Below are positions 28,723 to 38,203 of a stretch of 64,000 nucleotides of DNA, piece after piece (the first letter of the stretch is position 1; the number at the start of each line of letters is the position of its first letter). The translations under genes and the position numbers were made by a program. The notes beneath the pieces were generated by a model. It did not search any database. It saw only the letters and a program-made list of their open reading frames with translations, and was not told the DNA's origin. Source of the DNA: Planctomycetota bacterium (GTDB lineage Bacteria; Planctomycetota; UBA8108; SXIK01); the NCBI GenBank assembly GCA_965223265.1, contig OZ244999.1:1088001-1152000 (forward strand), in the 5' to 3' direction.

Positions 28723-29939
28723 CGCCTTCTCGCCTCGCAAATCGCATCTCGCACCCGCGAATCAGCACCATGCCATTTAATCTGGGATTTCCGCGCCAGA
28801 TACTGTGGGACTTAGCACCGACCCACACCCAGTACGGGCGATAACGGAGCATATCCTCAATCAGCGTGTCGCCGTCAAAACTTTCGAGAAGAGAAAAAAG
28901 CGCTCGCCGGAGTGGCCGCCCTACGCGCGCGAGTTTGAACCGACGTACCTTGAGTGGCACCTGGGCGCGGTGGTAGGAGCGACTCACGGGTTGTCCCAGG
29001 AGCTTGGCGATCGGTCCCGACCAACGAGATCGTTCTTCGACGACCATGTCTCTGATGATCGTCTCGCCCTGCAAACCGGGATCCGCATCCGAGTAGGCCG
29101 CGAGTACCCGCAAAACGTCGGTGGCCGTTTTGAGATACGACCTGGCTACTTCGAGCACCGTCCCCGGAGAATAGATTTGAAACAGCGTGCCCACGACGAT
29201 CGCTACATTCTCCTTGACGGAGATCGTCTCCGGAAGCCAATCGAGAAGTTCGTTGGACCAATCTTTCACCAAAACCTGCAAGTGAGCGCGATCATCGGGA
29301 GGCATGGCCTGGCTGCGAACGCAGAAACTCAGGAAGAGGTCTCGGCTGGCTTCCTGCACGTCTTCCCCGAGGTCTAGTACCTTGAATCGCACATTCTCTG
29401 CAGGCAGGCCGCGTTCGACGGAAGGTTTGAAGAAAGGCGACGACTGGTCGACCTGTCGGTTGCATATGGGGCACGCCGAGTAGTTCTCGCCGTCGTAGCA
29501 ATGGTCACAAACGATATGCTCGCATGGATTGAGTACGTGCGTCGTTCCAACTCGTCGACAGTGAACGCACTCTTGGTCGCGTCGCTGGAAAAAGTATGTG
29601 AGCACCCTTCGGATCCACAACTCATGCGTATCCTCAGGAATAGCGTGCGGAAAGTGTCGAAAGAGCGGCTGGTGCTTTCGGTTTGCGCCAAGAGAGGACG
29701 CAATCGCGTCACATGCCCAGCGTTTGAAGTCGGCGGCACCTTCCGCGGGCAGCGTCTCCAGCCGCGCACGCAGACGAGTCGAAAGGACGTACCCGAACTC
29801 GGCGAGTTCGAGCTCCAGGGCGTCTACGATGAAAGGACCTACTCGGGCTTGACCGGTTGGAGGGAAGAGCAACCGGCTTCTCTGGAGCAAGACTGCTTCG
29901 CTTGCCTGCCTTGAAGTACTCACCGTGCCCTCATAGGTC

Positions 29940-29984
29940 AAAAACGATTGCGGATCGGAACCGATCGTTGTTCCGACCCGCAAT
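29940..29984 (-). terminator. Intrinsic terminator/attenuator just upstream of the RING-TerD start codon
   Basis: Minus strand ATTGCGGGTCGGAAC-N8-GTTCCGATCCGCAAT-CGTTTTT. Confidence 0.65.
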
Positions 29985-29988
29985 GAGC

Positions 29989-30058
29989 ATCCATGAAGGT
30001 AATCGTCCACGCTGTTTCGAAGATTTAGAAGGAAGCCTGGACTCAGCCTTCACTGGAT
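29989..30058 (-). ncRNA. Candidate structured RNA upstream of the RING-TerD gene
   Basis: Minus strand: outer stem ATCCAGTGAAGG/CCTTCATGGAT (single bulge), inner stem GTCCAGGCT/AGCGTGGAC, pyrimidine-rich loop TCCTTCTAAATCTTCGAAAC. Confidence 0.5.
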
Positions 30059-30587
30059 ACTTTAACACGACTTTGAATGAGCTTCGCAACTTTCTGTCGT
30101 GAATCGTTGATTGACTAGTCTGTGTCGCCGCGTGATTTGTACCAGCGCAGGTAGTCGACGAACTTGCTGGCGACAGGCTTCAACCTGTCCCGTTCGAGAG
30201 CTTCGAATTGACCAAACTCTACGTCGAGGACGTGTCGAGTGTTCTTGTCGTACAGAATCATCCCTTGCGAGTGGCGAGCGCTGAAGGGACCGGCAAAAGA
30301 AGTATTCTCTCCGCAGCAGCGGTCTCCCGGAGAGCAAGGTCAGTCGCACTTCACCGACATGCGGACTCTGGGCATCAGGGGGGGAGGTTTGGCGGGGAGG
30401 ATGTCTGAGGTCGTTGGAGGGAAGCGGACCTTTTGGAGGTTCCACGCTTGGGGGCGAGCCGAGGATTCCTATCAGTGTCGGGTTCTCCATCTCGCTGCGA
30501 ACGGCCAACTTCAGAAGGTCTCTGGTATTGAAGGTGGTCTGCCCACTCGTTACGGTACTGCCGTTTAGTTTTCAACGGAGAATCAAA

Positions 30588-31145
30588 ATGAGCGAACGAA
30601 TTGTCATGCGGACCGGCGAATCTCTGATTGCCGGTGGTCCCCCGTTCACGGCAGCCGAGCCCGAAGTGGTCATTGGCGAACTGGATGGCCCGGTGGGTAC
30701 CGCGCTGGCCACTCTGACCGGGAATCAGTCTGCCGGGCATTCCAAGGTCTTTGCCATCATGGATACGGACATTCAGGTTCGTCCAGTGACACTGATGGTC
30801 AGCAAAGTGACCGTCAAGAGTACGGCGTACACGAACATCCTGATGGGTACGGTTCAGGGAGCCATTGCAAACGGAGTGCTGGACGCCGTCCGGGCCGGTG
30901 ACATCCCGAAAGAAAAGGCCAACGAGCTTGGAATTATCTGCTCCGTGTGGCTGAACCCAGGTGCAGCGACTGACGAAAACCTCGATCACGAGGCACTGTT
31001 CGATATTCACCGCCGCGCGATGGCTCAGGCGATCAAAAAGGCAATGAGCAATGAGCCGTCGATTGACTGGCTTCTTGAGAACCAGGAACAGATCACGCAC
31101 AAGTACTATCAGCGGGCGCTCGACGCGAAAAATGCCTCGAAGTAG
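30588..31145 (+). CDS. fae: Formaldehyde-activating enzyme
   Basis: MRTGESLIAG, EPEVVIG, GHSKVFA, VRPVTLMVSKVTVK, GTVQGAIANGVLDAV, EPSIDWLL. Confidence 0.92.
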   Translation: MSERIVMRTGESLIAGGPPFTAAEPEVVIGELDGPVGTALATLTGNQSAGHSKVFAIMDTDIQVRPVTLMVSKVTVKSTAYTNILMGTVQGAIANGVLDAVRAGDIPKEKANELGIICSVWLNPGAATDENLDHEALFDIHRRAMAQAIKKAMSNEPSIDWLLENQEQITHKYYQRALDAKNASK

Positions 31146-31234
31146 TCACCAGGATAATGGGAGCTGGACTTCCGGTCAGGCGGACTTTGCTTGTGGTTGT
31201 CTGGTCAGGGCGTGGACCACGACGGCCTCGAGTG

Positions 31235-31371
31235 TTGGCGAGGGTGACGACGAGTAGTTGCCAAGGGTGAAGCGCGTTCATTCACGCGATGATAAACGAG
31301 CGTGCACCAAGCGCGTACGATTGATGAGGCGAACACGGGTTATGAAACGTTCGAGTCTTGGACAGCACGGG
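31235..31371. mobile_element. Orphan end of the integrase-core IS with the first codons of the transposase
   Basis: Similar to 23050-23185; minus-strand MNALHPWQLLVVTLA versus MNAFHPWQLLVITFA. Confidence 0.8.
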
Positions 31372-31453
31372 CGAAGTCATCATGTCGCCTACCCTGTTTA
31401 CGGTACTCCGTGCGATGAAGCCCGGAATGTCTGGGGCAGAGCACCGGTGATTG

Positions 31454-31748
31454 TCACAGATGACGACCTACATCCATGACTTCATGCAGGACTCTCCGGA
31501 TGCGAACCTCTTCGTCGGTGAAGGTGTAGAGGACGATGTGATGTTCGACTCTTTTCGACCAGCAACCTGCTCGCAGCTCGTCCCGTTGCTTTCCAACCTT
31601 AGGATCGGTCGCCAACGCATCGATTCCGCGTTCGAACGCATCGAGGTAACGGTCGGCTTGAGCTTCACTCCACGTCTCGAACGAGTAGATCCCAGATGCC
31701 GATCAGGTCTCCCTCGGCCGCCCGGTCCTTGACGAGCTTTCTACGCAT
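31454..31748 (-). pseudogene. parE: ParE/RelE toxin with a +1 frameshift
   Basis: MRRKLVKDRAAEGDLIGIW / IYSFETWSEAQADRYLDAF...HIVLYTFTDEEVRIRRVLHEVMDV; one extra base in the CCC run at 31691-31693. Confidence 0.8.
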
Positions 31749-32001
31749 CTTCAGCCGCTAGTCCCGCTCGCTTGCGGGCTTCGCGTCTGATCTCTCTGAA
31801 GTCGAGAGCGCCAGCATCTCCACTAGCCTCTCCTTCGATCAAGGCTTGACGCAGTGCTTCAACCTTTTGCTCGTGTTCTTCTAAGAGTCGCAGAGAAGCA
31901 CGAACGACTTCGCTCGCGTTCCCGTAGCGTCCAGATGCGATCTGGTCGCTGATGAAACTTTCGAAATGGTTCCCGAGGGAAACGCTTGTATTCTTGGCCA
32001 T
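31741..32001 (-). CDS. parD: ParD antitoxin (CC2985-type ribbon-helix-helix)
   Basis: MAKNTSVSLGNHFESFI...SGRYGNASEVVRASLRLLEE. Confidence 0.92.
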   Translation of the reverse strand: MAKNTSVSLGNHFESFISDQIASGRYGNASEVVRASLRLLEEHEQKVEALRQALIEGEASGDAGALDFREIRREARKRAGLAAEDA

Positions 32002-32499
32002 ATGAGACACCCTTAGATTGGATACCATGGAGTACTATTTGTTGGTAAATCTGTCGAACGGTCTTCTACTAATCTCTCTCCTAAGGAGTCATAACTCATT
32101 CCAGCCCAATACACTAAGGCATTAGAGTCTTCCCCCGAAAACAGCGAGAGCCCAACATCCCATTCACATCATAAAGCATTCTATAGTAACGACTTATGAT
32201 ATGGTGAGCTTGGAGTCCCCCAGCCCAAGCACTGTCCCGGTTCTCGTAAATCCGCCCCATAGCGGGCGTTCCGAGCAGTGTAAGCGCTCGGCCTCAGCGC
32301 TGGGGGGCGACAGCGGGGCAATTGCAGCAGCGACCGTACCTCTTGTCGCTTCCTCTCACAGAAGATCGAATTCGAAGCGAGGCACGAACGCCCACAGATG
32401 ATAGCGTCCGACCGGAAAGTAACATGAGGACGCGTGACTCACGACCCAATCACACGCTCAATCGAATGTCTTCGCCGTACAGTCGGAAGAAGTCACGAA

Positions 32500-32587
32500 A
32501 CTGAGACGGGTTTCCATTGAGGAGATCGCCGTCGCAGAACGTGAACTCGGCTTTTCGCCGCCTCAAACACTGGGGTCGACGCCGTGA
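32500..32587 (+). pseudogene. SMI1/KNR4-like fragment
   Basis: Short frame RVSIEEIAVAERELGFSPPQTL resembles the SUKH N-terminal motif; no intact ORF. Confidence 0.3.
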
Positions 32588-32769
32588 AACACCCGGTAGA
32601 GTTCGACTGCGGTGTCACCCTCGTCGGACTTGTGAACTGCCATGAAGAGAATTGCAGTCGGACAAGCCGTTCATTCGTTCATTTCGCATCGCGACGGACT
32701 GGACGAGTTCTCGATCGCGTGGTTGGACAGCATCGACCGCTAGGCCGAAGTCTACGGCGAGGTTGACTA

Positions 32770-33063
32770 ATGCATTACGATTGGCCGTTCGACCGCGCTC
32801 CTATCGTGGCGGCAATCACGACCCGTCAAGTGCTCGAGGACGGTCTACCCATTTTGCGAGTGGTTCATTACTCTGATGACCACTCCTGGGCGTTCACGTG
32901 CGGAACGATATCCGACACCGAAGATGGCCGCGTGATCGCAATGAAGGAGGCTGTTTCGATAGATCCTACTCTCTTGGAGATTGCGGATCTTCCCCCGGGC
33001 TGGGGCGCATCTCGCGCAGCCGTAGACGAGCAGTGGTCTCGATACAAAGACGAAGCCGTGTGA
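32770..33063 (+). CDS. Small hypothetical protein (DUF2185/Imm33-like)
   Basis: AAITTRQVLEDGLPILRVVHYSDDHSWAF...DPTLLEIADLPPGWGA. Confidence 0.65.
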   Translation: MHYDWPFDRAPIVAAITTRQVLEDGLPILRVVHYSDDHSWAFTCGTISDTEDGRVIAMKEAVSIDPTLLEIADLPPGWGASRAAVDEQWSRYKDEAV

Positions 33064-33175
33064 TGGCAGATCCCGAAAAACTGAAGCGACAAAACGAGGC
33101 ACGTCCCTCGACAAAAAGCGACAAAGACGCTGCCCACGAGCGAACCGGTTCCCACGACGAGCTGGGGGACTCCGT

Positions 33176-34720
33176 CTAACCCACCTGAACACCCGGCCGA
33201 CCATTCTCAACCACGAACGACGCCAGTGTGTCGATGGGAGCGTTTGGCGCCGTCACGAACTCGACGACGCGGAAGTCGCTACGCCATAGGTCCGGTGTGA
33301 CCTCGCAGCGAACGTAGCCGCGCTGCGCGTTGAAGAACTTGAAGAAGGGATTCTCGGAAAGAACAGCCGGCGTTTCAGGACGCACCGTGAATCCATCGCC
33401 GCTGGAGCTGAGCGACGTGCCGACGAACTCCGCCGCGACGGTCGGCGAACGCTCGTCGCCGAAATCTGCCTTCAAGTCTGCGACCCAATTCGAATGGATG
33501 TCTCCCGTCAGCACGATGGGATTGGAGCACTCCGTCGCCATCAGGTGGCCTAAGAGGCGAGCGCGCGACGCTTCGTACCCGTCCCACTTGTCCATGTCGA
33601 AGTTGACCTCGGGGCCGGGCTTTCGGTCTAGGTGCGCCATCATCACTTGCTGCGCGAGCACATTCCATCGTCCCTGCGAGGCGTCCAGGCCTTTGAACAG
33701 CCACTGTTCCTGGGTACCACCGAGCAGGCTACGACGCGGGTCGAACGCTTCCGCGCAGCGTGCGCCGCGGCCCCCGCACGGCAAGGGAGAGCGATACTGG
33801 CGAGTGTCGAGAACGAAGAATTCGGCCAGGTTGCCGAAGGGCACGCGACCGTAGAGCTGCATGTGCGGGCCCGCCGGGAGTGACGACAAGCGCAGCGGCA
33901 TGTGTTCGTAGTATGCCTGGTAGGCGGCCGCCCGACGACGCAGGAAGCCCTCAACCGGCGCGTTCTCCTCTGAAATCTCCGCCGCATAGTTGTTGTCCAC
34001 TTCGTGGTCGTCCCAGGTGACGAGCCAGGGACACGCAGCGTGCGCCAGCTGCAAATCCGGATCGGTGCGATAGAGGGCGTAGCGATTCCGGTAGTCGTCC
34101 AGCGACTCGGTCTCCGCACCGGTGTGCTTTCGGACTTGGCCGTCGCGTCCCGCCCCTTCATAGATGTAGTCGCCAAGGTGGATCACCAAATCGAGCCCCT
34201 CGGCCGCCATGTGGCGAAGCGAAGTGTAGTACCCGGCTTCGTAGCTCTGGCACGATGCAAACGCAAAGCGAAGCTTCTTGACCGGCGCGCCGAGGGCCGG
34301 CGTCGTGCGGGTACGGCCAACAGCACTCGCATGCCCCGCCACCCGAAAGCGGTACCAGTACCAACGTCCGGGTGACAGTCCGTCCACCTCCACGTGGACC
34401 GAGTGGGCAAGCTCCGGCGTCGCGAGCGTTCGTCCGGCGCGCACCACCTTGGTGAGCCGTTCGTCTTCGCCGATCTGCCAGTCAACGTCGACGCTCGCCG
34501 GCGGCATTCCACCTCCGCTCAACGGATCAGGAGCTAAACGGGTCCACAGGACGACGCTGTCGGGTCGCGGATCCCCCGAGGCCACACCGAGCGAAAAAGG
34601 ATTGCGACGAAAAGTCGGCGACGCTGCGTAGGTGATGAAGCGCGTCGGCCCCAGCAGCCCGAATCCCAAACACACGCCGGTCCGGCCCAGAAACGCCCGT
34701 CGATTCATCGTCCTGGTCAT
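33176..34720 (-). CDS. phoD: Alkaline phosphatase D, Tat-exported
   Basis: RRAFL Tat signal; FSLGVASGDP, HLGDYIYE, WDDHEVDNNY, LDTRQYR, TGDIH. Confidence 0.95.
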   Translation of the reverse strand: MTRTMNRRAFLGRTGVCLGFGLLGPTRFITYAASPTFRRNPFSLGVASGDPRPDSVVLWTRLAPDPLSGGGMPPASVDVDWQIGEDERLTKVVRAGRTLATPELAHSVHVEVDGLSPGRWYWYRFRVAGHASAVGRTRTTPALGAPVKKLRFAFASCQSYEAGYYTSLRHMAAEGLDLVIHLGDYIYEGAGRDGQVRKHTGAETESLDDYRNRYALYRTDPDLQLAHAACPWLVTWDDHEVDNNYAAEISEENAPVEGFLRRRAAAYQAYYEHMPLRLSSLPAGPHMQLYGRVPFGNLAEFFVLDTRQYRSPLPCGGRGARCAEAFDPRRSLLGGTQEQWLFKGLDASQGRWNVLAQQVMMAHLDRKPGPEVNFDMDKWDGYEASRARLLGHLMATECSNPIVLTGDIHSNWVADLKADFGDERSPTVAAEFVGTSLSSSGDGFTVRPETPAVLSENPFFKFFNAQRGYVRCEVTPDLWRSDFRVVEFVTAPNAPIDTLASFVVENGRPGVQVG

Positions 34721-35297
34721 GAGTACATCCGATCGTTCAGTGATCCTACACGGTCCTCGCGTCGCGCTCCGTTCTTTCGAGTCGCTTGCGACTCGCGCGA
34801 CTTTCTCGTTGCCTCTCAGACCCTACCAGGATAGCCGGCGAAAGCGCATGAAGCGACGATCGGGTGCAGCACACCCACCAGTTGCGGAATCCTGCAAGTA
34901 GAAGTTCCTCCATGGTGGGCCTTTGTCCGTTGACCGGAACGCGGGGCGGCGAGTCCATTCGGCACCGCTTGCTTCGGGCGACCTCGAGTGCTCCACGACT
35001 CGCCTATCGAAAAAGAGCGAGTGCTGTCGACCGATTTCGAATTGCGCGCACGGGTTGGCTGTGGCCTCAAGAAGCGCCCGTCCGAAGCAATCCTTGGCGC
35101 TCGAGAAACTCGCGCGTGATGCGCCCGGGAAACATCGTCGACCGCAGAGTGCTGGCCGTTATCGAGAGTTTTGGAGTCGTGGCTGATTGAGATCATCGGT
35201 CATCGATCCGGCAGGACGAGGACTCCTTCGTGACGACGTAGCTCGCCGCGAAGCGCCGCGCCAGAAGTCGTACCGGGTGCACGCATCCTTCACGTGA

Positions 35298-36218
35298 TCA
35301 GCGGCGAAGGTAGCAAGCCCCCTCGGTTTCGCTACTGCGCGTCAATCGCATCTCGCTCATGCATTCGAGCAGGCGTGAGAACTGCTCGGGAGGAGCGGCG
35401 ATGAACAGATCGGCATGGTGCTTGCCGCCATCTTCCCACTCGCCGGTGTCGATGCCACGATCGTGAAGGAGGGAGAGCACCTTGTGACGCTCCTCCTTGT
35501 TCGTGAACCGCCGCTGCGGGAGCCTGACGCCCGGAACGGTTCCGAATGTGAAGCCGCGCCTCTCGAAGGCGGTCTCAATCGGCGAGTGGTCAAACATTCG
35601 CAGGATCGTGACGACCGCGAATGGGCCGAAATCGCCGGGGTAGTCCTTGCCGAGATCGCGTAGGATCACGTCGAGTGTGCGCTCTGTCACGTAGCCAATC
35701 GCGCCTGTGCTGATCAGCAAGTTGCAGCTGCGGAACCAGGCGCTCTCTTCCTCGGTCGGAACAACGTTCGGCTGCTCGAAATCCCGCGCGATACCGCCGT
35801 CGAGGACCCCGGCGTCTAAGGCAAACTGGATCGCCGGCTCGGAGCTGTCGAGACCCACGGCACGCACGTCGATCGCCGGCGGCGCGATGTTGAGCCACGT
35901 TCGCATGGCCTCACATGCCGCATGGTATTCCCGCGGTGCACGCGACGAGAAGAACGCCACCATCTCGTCGAACGAGCATCCGTACTTCACGAACGCAGAA
36001 CCCATTCCATACGAGCAACCGACATCGAGCAGCTGGACCGGCCAAGTATCCCCGTTCCCTTCTCGCAGGAGTTCTGCTGCTGCAGTGCAGTAGGGGCGGG
36101 CACGCTCCCCGATCTCGTAACCGTTCGCCGCCATCGACGCGATGTACGCGTGCGGCGTCGGCTCGGTGTAAACGCTGTCGAAACTCGACTTGGATTCGTT
36201 CGTCTTGCTATAGCTCAT
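35298..36218 (-). CDS. SAM-dependent methyltransferase-like protein
   Basis: LLDVGCSYG, GLDSSEPAI, STGAIGYVT, FPQRRF-like LPQRRF. Confidence 0.75.
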   Translation of the reverse strand: MSYSKTNESKSSFDSVYTEPTPHAYIASMAANGYEIGERARPYCTAAAELLREGNGDTWPVQLLDVGCSYGMGSAFVKYGCSFDEMVAFFSSRAPREYHAACEAMRTWLNIAPPAIDVRAVGLDSSEPAIQFALDAGVLDGGIARDFEQPNVVPTEEESAWFRSCNLLISTGAIGYVTERTLDVILRDLGKDYPGDFGPFAVVTILRMFDHSPIETAFERRGFTFGTVPGVRLPQRRFTNKEERHKVLSLLHDRGIDTGEWEDGGKHHADLFIAAPPEQFSRLLECMSEMRLTRSSETEGACYLRR

Positions 36219-36225
36219 AATTACC

Positions 36226-36906
36226 TTAGGAGTCCTGCGAAGACTGACCCGGGCCGTTCCCTTCGCCGTTAGCTGCCGGGCTCCCACCGCCCGGACGATC
36301 GACGATCATGACGTCCGCGGGAGTCGGGTCGATCGGTCCAGTCTCCAGGATCGGTGCGGCGTCGATGTGCCGCACTTCCATCATCTCAACGATTCGATCG
36401 AGGGACTCGGCGATCGCCGAGCGCTCCGCCTCGGGGAGCTGGTTCATCGCTGCCGCGAGCGTGTCCTGTAGCGGCGAAGGAGCGCTTGCGACGAGGGCGT
36501 TGCCTTCCTCTGTGAGCGATACCTGCACGAGACGGCGGTCCGTCAGATCTCGCTCCCGAGTGACCAGGCCCTTGGCGTCAAGCCGATCAAGGATCCCGAT
36601 CACTGTGCTGGGACTGAGGTGAACATGGCGCGCGATGGCGCTTGGCGTCACCGGCTCACGCTCGGCGACCGACAGCAGGCAGACCAGCTGCGGTCCCGTG
36701 ATCTTGTGCTTGGCCGCGAGTTTGCGGGAATGCAGATCGACCGCCCGGATGATCCGTCGCAGGGCCTGAAACACTCGCAGATCGAAGCGACCGGCGGCAG
36801 GTTGGTCCAACGCTGTGGAGGCCAGTGCCGCGCTCTCTATCGCAGCGGCGTCCGACGGGTCCGCCGCGCTGAGCCCTGCAGCTGTTTCTTCTGGCTGATT
36901 TCCCAT
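36226..36906 (-). CDS. MarR-family (EctR-like) regulator
   Basis: ALRRIIRAVDLHSRKL...ITGPQLVCL...LSPSTVIGILDRL...DAAPILETG. Confidence 0.88.
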   Translation of the reverse strand: MGNQPEETAAGLSAADPSDAAAIESAALASTALDQPAAGRFDLRVFQALRRIIRAVDLHSRKLAAKHKITGPQLVCLLSVAEREPVTPSAIARHVHLSPSTVIGILDRLDAKGLVTRERDLTDRRLVQVSLTEEGNALVASAPSPLQDTLAAAMNQLPEAERSAIAESLDRIVEMMEVRHIDAAPILETGPIDPTPADVMIVDRPGGGSPAANGEGNGPGQSSQDS

Positions 36907-36938
36907 CTACCTGGGGCACCTGATCGATTCGACCGCAA

Positions 36939-36956
36939 TCATTCGTACTCAAATGA
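36939..36956. promoter_or_regulatory. Imperfect palindrome upstream of marR (candidate operator)
   Basis: TCATTCGTACTCAAATGA in an AT-rich patch. Confidence 0.35.
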
Positions 36957-37909
36957 ATGGGATAGAATAGAAGTTTTTCCTCCGGAGTAAAGCCAAAAGA
37001 ACCGCCCACTGTAGCTCGCCTCGTTTGGTCGCGGATTTGTTCAGTTTTGGGCGCCCAGCGCGATGCCCTAACCGGCGGGTTTCTCCCGAAGCGGGCGGTG
37101 TTCCGCCGCCAAAAGAACGTCACGACGACCTGAATCTAGCGCAGGCACTCTCGTCTACGGGAATCTTGGTCCCGAGGAGTCCACGGAGACTCCGATGACT
37201 CCCACGCGGAATTCGGTTGGAAGTTGAGGCCAACGCGAGCGGAGTTTCCAAGGAGAATCCGCTTGCTTCTCTCCACGCGAGAGTTCGTAGCCGACGTGGG
37301 TCATGGCGCCCAGGTTCCGGGTGTAGCCCCATCTGTGATTCTTACGAGCCTGCAGAGTTCGAGGTCGGATATCGGTCTTCGTTTGTCGACGCTCCCTCCG
37401 CCCCCAGTCGTCCCACGGGAGGATGGTCGGAGTTTGAGATTGAACGAGAACCGCCTGTCCGCACCTGGGTCGGAAGTGCATCCGCAGGCGCGCTCGAATC
37501 GTCGGAGCCGGGCCCCTGACCGGCCGTCCCGCGAACTCAGGACCGGGATGCTGACACTGTCTCGCCCCGGGCTTAGGATGACGGTTTCCGTGCGATGAAC
37601 TCCGGGACGCCCGTGACGTGAAGCAGCGTCAACGAGATTTCCTGTGCTATAGACAGACACTCCAATCAAGGACGAACGAACCAAGCAAGATGCACTTCTC
37701 GGCCCAGAACCGGCGAAGTTGTCACCAGGAACCAGCTGCCACCTTCACCACCAGACGGTCGTACTCGGGCGGCGTTGCCGACCGGCGCGGCAGCTACGGG
37801 TACGTCATTTACGTATGACCGCACAATTACGATCGAGCGGTGGCGGCGCTGCACACGTGTCAGGACAAAAGTAGGCGATCGCGGATCGTTTGAGTGGAGG
37901 AAGAGTTGA

Positions 37910-38203
37910 ATGCAGACTGGTAATACTACGCTTTCGTCTAACGAGGGGCGATCCTCCGACCTTCGCTGGTGCCATCCGCTCGCGGACTTTCTGGGTGGCA
38001 CCGGCTTGTGGATCTCTCACGTTGCCGTCGCCATTGGCGTCATTGGAATGGTGCTATTGACCTGGTTTGACGTGCAGACCGATGGAGTCTGGGGAATCGT
38101 GGCGGCACCGGCGACGATGGTGTTTGGAGTCGCAGTGTTATTCGCCTTCGCTGGCTGGATTGCTCGCAGCAGCCGCTATAGTTCGAAAAAGGACGGGCAG
38201 TGA
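37910..38203 (+). CDS. Small two-helix membrane protein
   Basis: Two hydrophobic stretches; GTGA overlap with the ATPase. Confidence 0.55.
   Translation: MQTGNTTLSSNEGRSSDLRWCHPLADFLGGTGLWISHVAVAIGVIGMVLLTWFDVQTDGVWGIVAAPATMVFGVAVLFAFAGWIARSSRYSSKKDGQ

Larger units (their letters stand above)
24753..28817 (+). mobile_element. 4065-bp five-gene transposon (Mu/IS21-like DDE transposase plus ExeA-type ATPase)
   Basis: Terminal IRs TGCTGAGTCCCACAAACTCTGGC / TGCTAAGTCCCACAGTATCTGGC; 6-bp target duplication CCGACC at 24747-24752 and 28818-28823. Confidence 0.92.
23261..29923 (-). pseudogene. RING-finger + TerD-like protein (MXAN_6230/SCO0854-type), interrupted by a transposon
   Basis: N-part 29923-28818 has CVHC...PCEHIVCDHC...CPIC. 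C-part 24752-23261 has RPGELARRLDHLLR, FLHW, DIDLS, GDLTSAP, SEFVDID. Removing the insert and one target duplication restores in-frame YWVWVGELLHPHEY. Confidence 0.88.

Noticed and set aside
28592-28817. C-terminal extension of the RING ORF, and the N-terminal 24753-24853 part of the TerD ORF in the track
   Set aside because: These are read-through into transposon ends, not real protein sequence.
36960-37900. ~1-kb gap with many short ORFs as a possible ncRNA or hidden gene
   Set aside because: No recognisable protein motif, repeat or convincing RNA structure by eye.
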